Of a stretch of DNA of 64,000 nt, positions 45,567 to 54,698 are shown piece after piece. Position 1 is the stretch's first letter. Every line of letters starts with the position of its first letter. The notes under the pieces are model-generated. The model was not told the origin of the DNA. It was given only the letters and a program-made list of their open reading frames with translations, and did not search any database. The position numbers were made by a program, and so were the translations under genes. This DNA comes from Minisyncoccota bacterium (GTDB lineage: Bacteria > Patescibacteriota > Minisyncoccia > Phycocordibacterales > UBA2100). Location of the stretch: NCBI GenBank assembly GCA_031291875.1, contig JARLIE010000040.1:67011-131010 (forward strand), read 5' to 3'.

Positions 45567-47156
45567 ATGACGCAGGATGAAACTTTCGCAATTCTGAAAA
45601 CTGGTCTCAATGTATTCCTGACTGGTGAGCCGGGAAGCGGCAAGACGCACACCATCAATCGTTACGTGGAGTGGTTGCGAGCGCGCGGCGTAGAGCCCGC
45701 AGTAACCGCTTCGACCGGTATTGCCGCGACGCATATCAATGGCATGACGATCCACTCATGGAGTGGAATCGGTATCAAATCCAACATTTCAAAGTACGAT
45801 ATTGAGCTGATCCAAAGCCGCGAAAAAACCGCGATGCGGATCGTGCAGGCTAAGGTTTTGATCATCGACGAAATATCGATGCTCGACGCGGCGACGCTCG
45901 ATAGTGTCGATCGCGTCTTGCGATCACTGCGCCGCAGGCCGCTTCGCGAAGAAGAACCCTTCGGCGGGCTGCAGGTCGTGTTCGTCGGCGACTTTTTCCA
46001 ACTCCCTCCTGTTTCAAGAAAAGATGAAGCCAAATTTGCCTTTGAATCTGTGGCGTGGAAGGCAGCGAATCCGGTTATCTGCTATTTGAATGAACAGCAC
46101 CGGCAAGAGGACGGTGAGTTTTTGCAATTACTCGGCGAATTTCGCCGCGGAACGCTAACTGCCGCGCATCGCGCAAGGCTGCGGGCTCGCGCGGGCGCAT
46201 ATTCAGAGGCAACAGTCGCGACACGTCTGTATCCGCACAACGACAACGTCGATCGTATCAATCAAGAGTCGCTCGCGAAGATTGAAGGGAACCTGCACGT
46301 CTATCACATGCTTTCGCGCGGACCGAAAAATCTCGTCGATTCACTCAAGCAACAATGCCTTTCTCCGGAAAGGCTAGAACTCAAAGAAGGCGCCAAGGTG
46401 CTTTTTACGCGCAATAATTTCGATGCGGGGTACGTGAACGGCACGCTTGGCGAGGTGATCGATTTCACAGCGCTTGGCGCCCCGATCGTAAAGACGAAAA
46501 AGACGACGATTACCGTCGAGCCGATTGATTGGGCGATCCAAGACGGCAACAAGTTGCTTGCGAAGATCACCCAGGTACCGCTGCGGCTTGCTTGGGCGAT
46601 CACCGTGCATAAGTCGCAAGGCATGTCGCTCGATGCCGCGGTCATCGATCTTTCTCAGGCATTCGAATATGGCCAAGGGTACGTCGCCATTTCGCGCGTC
46701 CGAACTCTGGATGGACTGTATCTCGAAGGTTTCAACGAACGAGCGCTCGAACTGCACCCGAGGGTCGCGGCCGCGGATCGCCATTTCCGTGCCTACTCCG
46801 ACGCCGCGCGCAAAAAATTCGCCGCATTACCGCAAGACGAAAAAGACAAGTTGGAACATAACTTCTTGCGGGCGATCGGTGCGCACGAGCCGCAGGAGAT
46901 CGAGACTCTTGAACCGCAAAAAAGCAAATTGGAAACGCTGCGAGAAAAATTTCCGAACGCGGGAAAGCCTTGGAGCAAGGAAGATGATGCCAAACTCGCG
47001 AACATGTTCGCCGCGAAGAAAAAGTACGACGAGATCGGACTGGAGTTTGGTCGGAAAGCTTCCGCGATCGAGGCTCGGCTCGCGCACCTCGGGTTGATAG
47101 AGCAAACCTGGTTCCAAAAGCGCGATCAAAAGAAGGGTGGTGAGGCACTTGCATAA
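45567..47156 (+). CDS. PIF1 family helicase with C-terminal HTH-like extension
   Basis: GEPGSGKT, IIDEISM, PFGGLQ..GDFFQLPPV, QVPLRLAWAITVHKSQG and YVAISR motifs. Confidence 0.95.
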   Translation: MTQDETFAILKTGLNVFLTGEPGSGKTHTINRYVEWLRARGVEPAVTASTGIAATHINGMTIHSWSGIGIKSNISKYDIELIQSREKTAMRIVQAKVLIIDEISMLDAATLDSVDRVLRSLRRRPLREEEPFGGLQVVFVGDFFQLPPVSRKDEAKFAFESVAWKAANPVICYLNEQHRQEDGEFLQLLGEFRRGTLTAAHRARLRARAGAYSEATVATRLYPHNDNVDRINQESLAKIEGNLHVYHMLSRGPKNLVDSLKQQCLSPERLELKEGAKVLFTRNNFDAGYVNGTLGEVIDFTALGAPIVKTKKTTITVEPIDWAIQDGNKLLAKITQVPLRLAWAITVHKSQGMSLDAAVIDLSQAFEYGQGYVAISRVRTLDGLYLEGFNERALELHPRVAAADRHFRAYSDAARKKFAALPQDEKDKLEHNFLRAIGAHEPQEIETLEPQKSKLETLREKFPNAGKPWSKEDDAKLANMFAAKKKYDEIGLEFGRKASAIEARLAHLGLIEQTWFQKRDQKKGGEALA

Positions 47157-47226
47157 TATAGGGCTCGTGGTGTAACATAATCGGAGCTTTGGGGTAATTG
47201 AGCCCCATTGTTTCTGGGAGGAATCT

Positions 47227-47406
47227 ATGATTAATGCGACTGAGCCGACGCAGGCGTCGAATAGCGACAACCGCTTCTTTCTGGCCGTCAGAGGGGGAGC
47301 GGTTATCGAAGGGACGCGCCATTCCGAAGCTGAAGTGCGGAAAGTCGTCGACACGCTGACTCACAGCGGGAAAGACTCGCACTATCTGTACCACGATCGG
47401 CAGTAG
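47227..47406 (+). CDS. Small orphan protein (59 aa, MINATEPTQ...HDRQ)
   Basis: Translated by hand; GGAGG SD 5 nt upstream; terminator downstream. Confidence 0.55.
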   Translation: MINATEPTQASNSDNRFFLAVRGGAVIEGTRHSEAEVRKVVDTLTHSGKDSHYLYHDRQ

Positions 47407-47440
47407 CTCATCCGCGCAAGTATCGATTCATTCTTCCTAC

Positions 47441-47468
47441 AGGCCGGTGCGTCAATGCACCGGCCTTT
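47441..47468 (+). terminator. Terminator-like hairpin
   Basis: AGGCCGGTGC-gtcaat-GCACCGGCCT-TT. Confidence 0.75.
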
Positions 47469-47588
47469 CAGTATCGTCTTGCGGCTTGTGTGGTATAACC
47501 ATGCGGGCTGGTATCGCGTCCTGTAGTCGTGTTGCGTTCGTGCGCGGGGCAGAGGGCTACGTCACAAAGCAAAGCATGGGGAATTGAA

Positions 47589-47783
47589 ATGGAAGGGCTT
47601 GTCTTTTCAGAGGTCAAGAACGATAGAAATCTCGTTACGATCGCTGGAGAAATAGCCGGAAGATATGTCCTGAAGAGCTGCACCAATTCGCAGTGCGGAC
47701 GCATCCTGGAGGAACTCTTGGAAACGATGGGGTACGACCCTCAGAGAGATCACATTCGAATCAGCAGGCATGACGCCTGGTAG
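47589..47783 (+). CDS. Small orphan protein (64 aa, MEGLVFSE...HDAW)
   Basis: GGGGA SD-like motif, upstream TGGTATAAC box, terminator downstream. Confidence 0.5.
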   Translation: MEGLVFSEVKNDRNLVTIAGEIAGRYVLKSCTNSQCGRILEELLETMGYDPQRDHIRISRHDAW

Positions 47784-47793
47784 AGTCACCATG

Positions 47794-47828
47794 AGGCCGG
47801 CGCCGTTTCGCGCCGGCCTTATTTTTTT
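47794..47828 (+). terminator. Intrinsic terminator
   Basis: AGGCCGGCGC-cgtttc-GCGCCGGCCT-TATTTTTTT. Confidence 0.85.
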
Positions 47829-47844
47829 GCTACCATAGATTCAA

Positions 47845-50688
47845 ATGGCTGAAAATCAACAAAAATCGGAGGTGGCGAAACGCGAAGAGGAAGTCCTCGC
47901 GTTCTGGGACGAGCGAGAAATTTTCAAAAAATCGATAGAAAAAGAAGCTCTTAAGGGCGAGTATGTTTTTTACGATGGCCCGCCTTTTGCGACCGGATTG
48001 CCGCACTACGGCCACATTGTTGCTTCGGTACTCAAGGATGTCGTGCCGCGCTATCGCACGATGCAGGGATATCGCGTGCCGCGCGTTTGGGGGTGGGATT
48101 GCCACGGACTTCCGATCGAGAACATCGTCGAAAAGGAGCTCGGCTTCAAACATAAAAAAGATATTCGCGCCTACGGCATCGAGAAGTTCAATGAAATGTG
48201 CCGACAGCGCGTGCTCACGTATGTGCACGAATGGGAGCGAATCATCCCGCGCATCGGGCGTTGGGCCGACATGGAGCACGCCTACAAAACAATGGACATG
48301 CCGTTTATGGAATCGGTGTGGTGGGTTTTCAAATCGATCTATGACAAGGGGTTGGTATACGAGGACTATCGCGTAATGCACATCTGCCCGCGTTGTGAGA
48401 CGACGCTGAGCCAACAGGAGGTTTCGGAAGGGTACAAGGATGTGAAAGATATCGCGGTCAGCGTTAGTTTCAAACTAAAGAATCCCGAAAAGATCGGCCT
48501 CTCGGGCGAGGTGTACCTGCTCGCGTGGACGACGACACCGTGGACATTGCCGGGCAATGTCGCGCTCGCAGTAGGCGAGGGCATCATCTACCGGGTTTTT
48601 GAAAGGGACGGTAAAAAATATATCGCAGCGCTCGATCGGAGTGAATCGCTCGGCATACAGGATCAAAAGATGGGCCATCAATTTATGGGCAAAGAACTCG
48701 TGGGGCTGGAGTACGAGCCGCTGTTCGACTACTACGTCACCGACGAGCATTTGAAGAATCGCGAGAATGGCTGGAAGGTTTACGCCGCGGATTTCGTTAC
48801 GGCGGACGAGGGTACCGGCATCGCGCACGAAGCGCCGGCGTTTGGCGCCGACGACTGGGCGCTTTTGAAAAAATACAACTTGCCGTTCGTGCAGCACGTG
48901 AATTACGACGGCACGTTCAAGCCGGAGGTAAAAGCATTCGCCGGCATGGAGGTAAAGCCGCTTGGCGAAGACAGTGTGCGGCTCGCGGCTGATATCGCCG
49001 TGTTGAAGTATTTGCAGGAGCATGGTTTCCTCTTCGCAAAGCAAAACATCGTGCACTCGTATCCGCATTGCTGGCGCTGTGATTCGCCGCTTCTCAACTA
49101 CGCCACCTCATCCTGGTTTGTGAAGGTCGAAGAGCAAAAGGTGGAACTTTTGAAAAATGCTGAGCCGATCAACTGGTCGCCCGAACACGTCAAAAGCGGG
49201 CGTTGGGGGAAATGGCTCGAAGGCGCGCGCGATTGGTCTATTTCGCGCCAGCGCTTCTGGGCGAGCGTGCTACCGATTTGGGTATGCGAAACGTGTAAAG
49301 AAAAGCGCGTTTTTGGAAGCGCAGCGGAGCTCGAAGCGGCAAGCGGCAAAAAGGTCACGGATTTGCACAAACACGTCGTCGACGAGATTCTCGTACCGTG
49401 CGCCTGCGGCGGCTCGATGAAGCGCGTACCCGATGTGCTCGACACCTGGTTCGATTCTGGTTCGATGCCTTATGGCGAAGAACACTATCCGTTTGAAAAT
49501 AAAGAGTCGTTCGAACACACATTTCCCGCGCAATTTATCGCGGAAGGACAAGATCAAACGCGCGCATGGTTTTACTACCTACACCTGCTCGGGACGTCGC
49601 TCTTCGACAAAAACGCGTTCCAGAACGTGATCGTGAACGGTATCGTGCTCGCCGAAGACGGCAAAAAGATGTCGAAGCGACTCCAAAATTACCCTGACCC
49701 GATGGAGGTCGTCGAGAAATACGGTGCCGACGCCCTGCGTCTCTACTTGCTCGCAAGCCCCGTCATGCAGGCGGAAAATCTGAACTTTTCTGAAAAAGGC
49801 GTTGCGGAATGGAAAGGGGTGCTCACACGTCTTGAAAATGTACTTTCCTTTTACCAGCTCTATCGTAATGAGTTGGTGCACGAAGCGAGCGACGAGAGCG
49901 CTCAGGTGCTCGATCGTTGGATCGTCGCGCGATTGCGACAGACCCAAGCTGAAGTAACGAGCGCAATGGAGGCATACAACCTTACCGCTGCGACACGACC
50001 GTTTGCGGCTCTTGTGGATGATCTTTCCACCTGGTATTTGCGCCGTTCTCGTGATCGCATCAAAGGCGACGACGAAGCAGACAAAAAAGCGGCGCTTGCA
50101 ACAACGTTGTACGTTTTGCGCGAAGTATCGAAACTCATCGCCCCGTTCGCCCCGTTCGTGGCCGATTATATTTGGCAGGCACTCAAAGAAACCGGCGATG
50201 TCGAAAGTGTGCATCTTGCGCACTGGCCGAGCGCGCCGAGCGCTAGATTCCTCTCGAAGCTCTTTGGCGGCGCGGCGGATCAGAATATCGAACATATGAC
50301 GCTTGCTCGTGGATTTGTTACGCAGGCGCTGGAGGCGCGCGAAAAGGCGGGGATCAAGGTTCGTCAGCCCCTTTCGCTGCTTACCATTCCCGCCGACTCC
50401 AATCTTCCCGAGGAGTATTTTACGATCGTCGCCGAGGAAGTGAATGTTAAGAGGGTTGAATCGAAGGGCGAAACGGTGGCGCTGGACACCAATCTCACCG
50501 ACGAACTTCGAGAAGAAGGTGTCGTTCGCGACGCGATTCGTGAGATTCAATCATTCCGCAAAGAAAGGGGACTCAAGCCGGGCGAACATGCGACGTATAA
50601 GGGCGAATTTTCGGACGTACAGCGGAAGGTTATCGAAAAGAATCTCGATCTCATTCAAAAGGCCACCACAACCACGATAGAATTGTAG
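47845..50688 (+). CDS. ileS: Isoleucine--tRNA ligase (type 2)
   Basis: DGPPFATGLPHYGH, GWDCHGLP, WTTTPWTLP, SRQRFW and KMSKR motifs. Confidence 0.98.
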   Translation: MAENQQKSEVAKREEEVLAFWDEREIFKKSIEKEALKGEYVFYDGPPFATGLPHYGHIVASVLKDVVPRYRTMQGYRVPRVWGWDCHGLPIENIVEKELGFKHKKDIRAYGIEKFNEMCRQRVLTYVHEWERIIPRIGRWADMEHAYKTMDMPFMESVWWVFKSIYDKGLVYEDYRVMHICPRCETTLSQQEVSEGYKDVKDIAVSVSFKLKNPEKIGLSGEVYLLAWTTTPWTLPGNVALAVGEGIIYRVFERDGKKYIAALDRSESLGIQDQKMGHQFMGKELVGLEYEPLFDYYVTDEHLKNRENGWKVYAADFVTADEGTGIAHEAPAFGADDWALLKKYNLPFVQHVNYDGTFKPEVKAFAGMEVKPLGEDSVRLAADIAVLKYLQEHGFLFAKQNIVHSYPHCWRCDSPLLNYATSSWFVKVEEQKVELLKNAEPINWSPEHVKSGRWGKWLEGARDWSISRQRFWASVLPIWVCETCKEKRVFGSAAELEAASGKKVTDLHKHVVDEILVPCACGGSMKRVPDVLDTWFDSGSMPYGEEHYPFENKESFEHTFPAQFIAEGQDQTRAWFYYLHLLGTSLFDKNAFQNVIVNGIVLAEDGKKMSKRLQNYPDPMEVVEKYGADALRLYLLASPVMQAENLNFSEKGVAEWKGVLTRLENVLSFYQLYRNELVHEASDESAQVLDRWIVARLRQTQAEVTSAMEAYNLTAATRPFAALVDDLSTWYLRRSRDRIKGDDEADKKAALATTLYVLREVSKLIAPFAPFVADYIWQALKETGDVESVHLAHWPSAPSARFLSKLFGGAADQNIEHMTLARGFVTQALEAREKAGIKVRQPLSLLTIPADSNLPEEYFTIVAEEVNVKRVESKGETVALDTNLTDELREEGVVRDAIREIQSFRKERGLKPGEHATYKGEFSDVQRKVIEKNLDLIQKATTTTIEL

Positions 50689-50689
50689 G

Positions 50690-51262
50690 ATGTACCAGAA
50701 ATACCACACGGAGGCGCTTATTCTCGGCAGCCGCGAATACGGCGAGTCGGATAAGGTGTTCGCGCTCTACACGAGCGACTTCGGGTTGGTGCGTGCTCGC
50801 GCCTCCTCGGTGCGCAGTGAGAGTTCCAAAATGCGGTTCGCGTTGCAAAAGTACGCGCGCGCACGCGTTTCGCTGGTGAAGGGGAAACGTGGTTGGCGCG
50901 TGGCGGGAGCGACAGCGCTGCAAAATACGAGTGGCGACGTGCGCGGCGTCGCGACATTTGCGCGAATTTCCGAGCTTGTGTTGCGGCTCGTACACGGAGA
51001 AGAAAAGAACGACTACCTCTTTGCGGCGCTCGCCGAAGCGCACGAGGCGCTCATGGTTGCGCAGTGCGACGTATGGGCGACGATCGAGATCGTCTGCGTC
51101 GCGCGCACACTTTTCGCGCTCGGCTACATTTCGAGCGAGGCGCTTTCGACCGCGCTTTTCACACATACCGCTTATACGGGCGAATCGCTTCTTGAAGCGG
51201 AAACCATGAAAGACAAGCTCTTACACTCGATCAATAAGGCGATTGCGGAAACGCAATTGTAG
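50690..51262 (+). CDS. recO: DNA repair protein RecO (short form)
   Basis: N-terminal OB fold GESDK...YT.DFG...SK. Confidence 0.8.
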   Translation: MYQKYHTEALILGSREYGESDKVFALYTSDFGLVRARASSVRSESSKMRFALQKYARARVSLVKGKRGWRVAGATALQNTSGDVRGVATFARISELVLRLVHGEEKNDYLFAALAEAHEALMVAQCDVWATIEIVCVARTLFALGYISSEALSTALFTHTAYTGESLLEAETMKDKLLHSINKAIAETQL

Positions 51263-51277
51263 CGGTACGCTCTCGAC

Positions 51278-51709
51278 ATGCTCCGTATTTCCCACATCAA
51301 AACCGTTACCGATTCGCAGTGGGAAAATATCGTTTCACTCGAACAAGAGCTCCATGAGTCGAGCAAACAGTATCCGCGTGAAAACTTAAACGCGATGCTC
51401 GCGAACGATCAGGTTTTTGTGTTGGCCGTGCAAGATGGCGAGCGCATCATCGGCATGGCAACGTTGTACCTTCAACAGAAAATCGATAATCGCGCCGCGT
51501 GGGTCGAAGACGTGATTGTGAGTGACGAGTATCGCGGTCGCGGTCTGGGGAAGCAGCTTATGGAAGAGCTCATAAAAACAGCGAGGGAAGAGGGTGTTCT
51601 GACGCTGAACCTGACATCACGATCATCGCGCGTCGCTGCGAACGCGTTGTATCAAAAATTAGGGTTCGAACAACGAGATACGAACGTCTATAAAATGAAG
51701 TTGTTGTAG
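51278..51709 (+). CDS. GNAT family N-acetyltransferase
   Basis: VEDVIV..YRGRGLG and LTS..SRVAANALYQKLGF motifs. Confidence 0.92.
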   Translation: MLRISHIKTVTDSQWENIVSLEQELHESSKQYPRENLNAMLANDQVFVLAVQDGERIIGMATLYLQQKIDNRAAWVEDVIVSDEYRGRGLGKQLMEELIKTAREEGVLTLNLTSRSSRVAANALYQKLGFEQRDTNVYKMKLL

Positions 51710-51710
51710 T

Positions 51711-52862
51711 ATGGCTCGCGTAAAGATAAGCGAATATCGAGCCAAAAAGATTTTACTTGGCGATTCGTACAAGGGTATTTTGGTTCGCACTGAAGAAAAG
51801 CAAAAGATGCCCAAGGGCGGGACCTGGGTGGCCAAAGTCGACCAGGGCGTCAAAAAGCGCTTTAAACAAGGACTTGTTGCCGTCGGTGTAACGCCGGCGC
51901 AGGCGGCGAAGAAGTTTGCGCTCTGGCAAAAGGAAGGCTTCTCGCAGTTCCTGCTCGAACCGCTCGTCCCGCACAAATCGGAAGAAGAACAGTACCTTTC
52001 GCTCGACCGTGTTCGCGAGGGGATTCGCGTGCTGCATGCAGGCGAGGGCGGAATCGACATCGAAACACATCCGGAGAAAGTCGGCACGTATACCATTGCG
52101 AACGATGAAGATCTCGCAATAGTTTCGAGTGCGACAAATATCCCGCAAACGTTTTTACGACACGTTCTGGAAGTATTCGATAAAAACTTTTTCGCCTTTC
52201 TTGAAATCAATCCGCTGGTCATCCAAGGCGGTAAGGCGCACTTGCTCGATGCCGCGTGCCTCGTTGACAGTGCTGGAGAATTTTTCGTTACGTCATGGGG
52301 GCAAGACGATATCGTGAAGTCGAGAGCCGCGCATGAGTCGGAAGCTCGCGTTGAAGAATTACAAAACACGACGCCGGCCTCACTCAAGCTCTCCGTCATC
52401 AACCCGAACGGTTCGCTGTTTTTCCTGCTCTCGGGTGGCGGCGGCTCGATCGTCATTGCCGACGAAGCGGAGCTTGAAGGCGCAGGGAAGCTCATCGGCA
52501 ATTACGGCGAATACAGCGGCGGTCCGACGCGGCAAGAGACCTATTTATATGCAAAAGAAGTGATTGCGCTCATGCTCAAGTCGAACGCGAAGAAGAAGGC
52601 ACTGGTGATCGCAGGGGGCGTGGCGAACTTTACCGACGTTCAAAAAACATTCGCCGGCATCATCGACGCGCTTTCTGAGTTTGCGCCCAAGCTACGCGAA
52701 CAAAAGGTGAAAGTATTCGTCCGTCGAGGAGGTCCGAATGAGAAAGCGGGACTCGAACTCATGTGTGCATTTTTGGACCGCGAAAAGCTGTTCGGCTCGA
52801 TTCACGGATCAGATGATGTGATTACAAGTGCGGTTGCCGATGCTATCAAATTTGCTGTATGA
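51711..52862 (+). CDS. aclB: ATP-citrate lyase beta subunit
   Basis: ISEYRAK, KVDQ.VKKR.K.GLV, SLKL, GGGGS, NYGEYSG.P, GGVANFT and RRGGPN motifs. Confidence 0.9.
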   Translation: MARVKISEYRAKKILLGDSYKGILVRTEEKQKMPKGGTWVAKVDQGVKKRFKQGLVAVGVTPAQAAKKFALWQKEGFSQFLLEPLVPHKSEEEQYLSLDRVREGIRVLHAGEGGIDIETHPEKVGTYTIANDEDLAIVSSATNIPQTFLRHVLEVFDKNFFAFLEINPLVIQGGKAHLLDAACLVDSAGEFFVTSWGQDDIVKSRAAHESEARVEELQNTTPASLKLSVINPNGSLFFLLSGGGGSIVIADEAELEGAGKLIGNYGEYSGGPTRQETYLYAKEVIALMLKSNAKKKALVIAGGVANFTDVQKTFAGIIDALSEFAPKLREQKVKVFVRRGGPNEKAGLELMCAFLDREKLFGSIHGSDDVITSAVADAIKFAV

Positions 52863-54643
52863 ACTTTATCGACGCAACACGAAAGGGGAAAGAGGGCATT
52901 CTTGTTTTGGGGAACCATCCGCAGATCGTGCAGTCGATCCTCGATTTTGATTTCGTGTGCGGCAAGCGCGAACCGTCGGTCGTGGCAGTGATCGGAGGAG
53001 CAAGGCGAGCGCAGAAATTTTTTTTCGGCCCATCCGAACTATTGATCCCGTGTTTCGCCGACGTTTCGAAAGTTCCTCAAGGCCTGCGCGGCAAGATCTT
53101 CTGGATGCTGAACGTGCAGTCTGGACGACGTTCATTCGACTCGACGGTTTCATTTTTTGAAACGTTCCCTCATGCGCTCGGTGGACATCTCTTCGCCGAA
53201 AACATTCCCGAGCGGCATTCCACCGAACTCATTAGGCGTTTTGGCGCTACAAAGCTGCTCGCCGGCCCCTCCGGCGTCGGCTTTCTTGTGCCCGGCTATC
53301 TGAAATTGGGGGCGATCGGTGGAACGGACGCAGCGATGTTAGAAGCATCCAAGCTGGCGACTGAGGGAACGATTGCGGTTGTTTCCACCTCCGGCGGCAT
53401 GACCAACGAGCTTATACGCGCGGTCGCGAACGCGGGGAAGCGGCTTTCGTTCGCTATTTCGATTGGTGGAGATCGTTTCCCGGTAACCTCGCTTTCCGAG
53501 GTGCTCCTGCTCGCGCAAAGCGATTCCAAAACGAAAGCCATCGTGTATTTTGGCGAACTCGGCGGCGTCGATGAATACGAGATCGTGGAGCTGATCGAAA
53601 AGAAAAAGCTCACGAAGCCGGTGTTGGCGTATGTTGCTGGGATCATCGACGAGGCATTCGACGAACATATGCAGTTTGGACACGCCAAAGCGCTCGTCGC
53701 CCGGCCGAGCGAAAGCGCGCGCGCAAAACGCGACGCCCTGCGCAAGGCGGGAGCGCTCGCCCCAGAAACCTTTCCGGAATTCCTCGCACGCATGAAAAAA
53801 CTCCCAGGCACGACCGTTCGGGACATGGCGCTTCCCATGGACGCGCTGCAAAAACGCCGTGCGAGCGTCCTCTCCACGCGTCAGGTCGTCGATCTCGACG
53901 AAACTCCGATATTCGTCAAAGCCAAAAAACTCGTTTCGCAAAAAGAAGGATTCGCGACGAAGATTTTTGAGTCACTACTTGATCGAAAGCTCCGCTCTCC
54001 AAGTACTGCTGGCTTTGCCGAGGCGGTATTCGGTCTTTTGATAGACCATGGCGGGGAAGTCTCGGGCGCGGTCAATACTATGATTTCGGCGCGCGCGGGC
54101 AGAGACCTTGTTTCATCGCTCGCGAGCGGTCTTCTGACGATCGGGCCCCGTTTTGGCGGCGCAGTGAACGCTGCTGCGGGGCAATGGCTCGATGGCGTCT
54201 GTGGCGCCGAATCTGCTGCCGAGTTCGTCGAAAAAAGAACGAAGGGCGGGAATCTTCTCGCCGGCATCGGGCACCGCAAATACAGGGTCGGCATTCCCGA
54301 CCCGCGTGTCGCGGCACTCGCGGATTTTGCGACGCTCTTGAAGCAACACCCTTATTACGATTTTGCCCGTGAGGTAGAGAAAGTGACAACGGCAAAGAAC
54401 GGCTCCCTTATTTTGAATGTCGACGGCGTCATGGCGGCGCTCGCGCTCGATATCTTTGCGCAGTGCGAGCAACTCTCTCAAGATGAATTGCGTGAACTCG
54501 TAACGACGGAGTTCTTCAATGCACTTTTCGTGATTCCGCGAACCGTCGGATTTATTGCGCATTTTATGGAGCAAAAGAAGAACGACGAAGGATTGTTCCG
54601 CTTGCCGGAGGAATTGCTTTTCGTGCGAAGGAAAAAGAAGTAG
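52859..54643 (+). CDS. aclA: ATP-citrate lyase alpha subunit with citryl-CoA lyase domain
   Basis: LDFDFVC, SGGMTNE, IGGDRFP, QFGHA phospho-His, DHG..VSGA.N, IGPRFGGA, GIGHR and LILNVDG motifs. Confidence 0.92.
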   Translation: MNFIDATRKGKEGILVLGNHPQIVQSILDFDFVCGKREPSVVAVIGGARRAQKFFFGPSELLIPCFADVSKVPQGLRGKIFWMLNVQSGRRSFDSTVSFFETFPHALGGHLFAENIPERHSTELIRRFGATKLLAGPSGVGFLVPGYLKLGAIGGTDAAMLEASKLATEGTIAVVSTSGGMTNELIRAVANAGKRLSFAISIGGDRFPVTSLSEVLLLAQSDSKTKAIVYFGELGGVDEYEIVELIEKKKLTKPVLAYVAGIIDEAFDEHMQFGHAKALVARPSESARAKRDALRKAGALAPETFPEFLARMKKLPGTTVRDMALPMDALQKRRASVLSTRQVVDLDETPIFVKAKKLVSQKEGFATKIFESLLDRKLRSPSTAGFAEAVFGLLIDHGGEVSGAVNTMISARAGRDLVSSLASGLLTIGPRFGGAVNAAAGQWLDGVCGAESAAEFVEKRTKGGNLLAGIGHRKYRVGIPDPRVAALADFATLLKQHPYYDFAREVEKVTTAKNGSLILNVDGVMAALALDIFAQCEQLSQDELRELVTTEFFNALFVIPRTVGFIAHFMEQKKNDEGLFRLPEELLFVRRKKK

Positions 54644-54698
54644 GGAAGGTGAGGTAGTACCGTACCGCCTCGCTGGGCCTCGCGGTATACTAGGGGAC

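Noticed and set aside
47161-47208. tRNA-like start GGGCTCGTGGTGTAA with a matching GAGCCC-CA end
   Set aside because: Only ~48 nt with no anticodon or T arm; treated as the leader of the downstream small ORF, not a tRNA
47845-50688. Type-2 IleRS as an acquired mupirocin-resistance gene
   Set aside because: It sits in a housekeeping context, and IleRS2 is the normal form in many lineages; no sign of mobility
51711-54643. Succinyl-CoA synthetase, or evidence of autotrophic rTCA
   Set aside because: ACL-specific motifs (NYGEYSG, GGVANFT, citryl-CoA lyase domain) are present, and no other rTCA genes occur in the window
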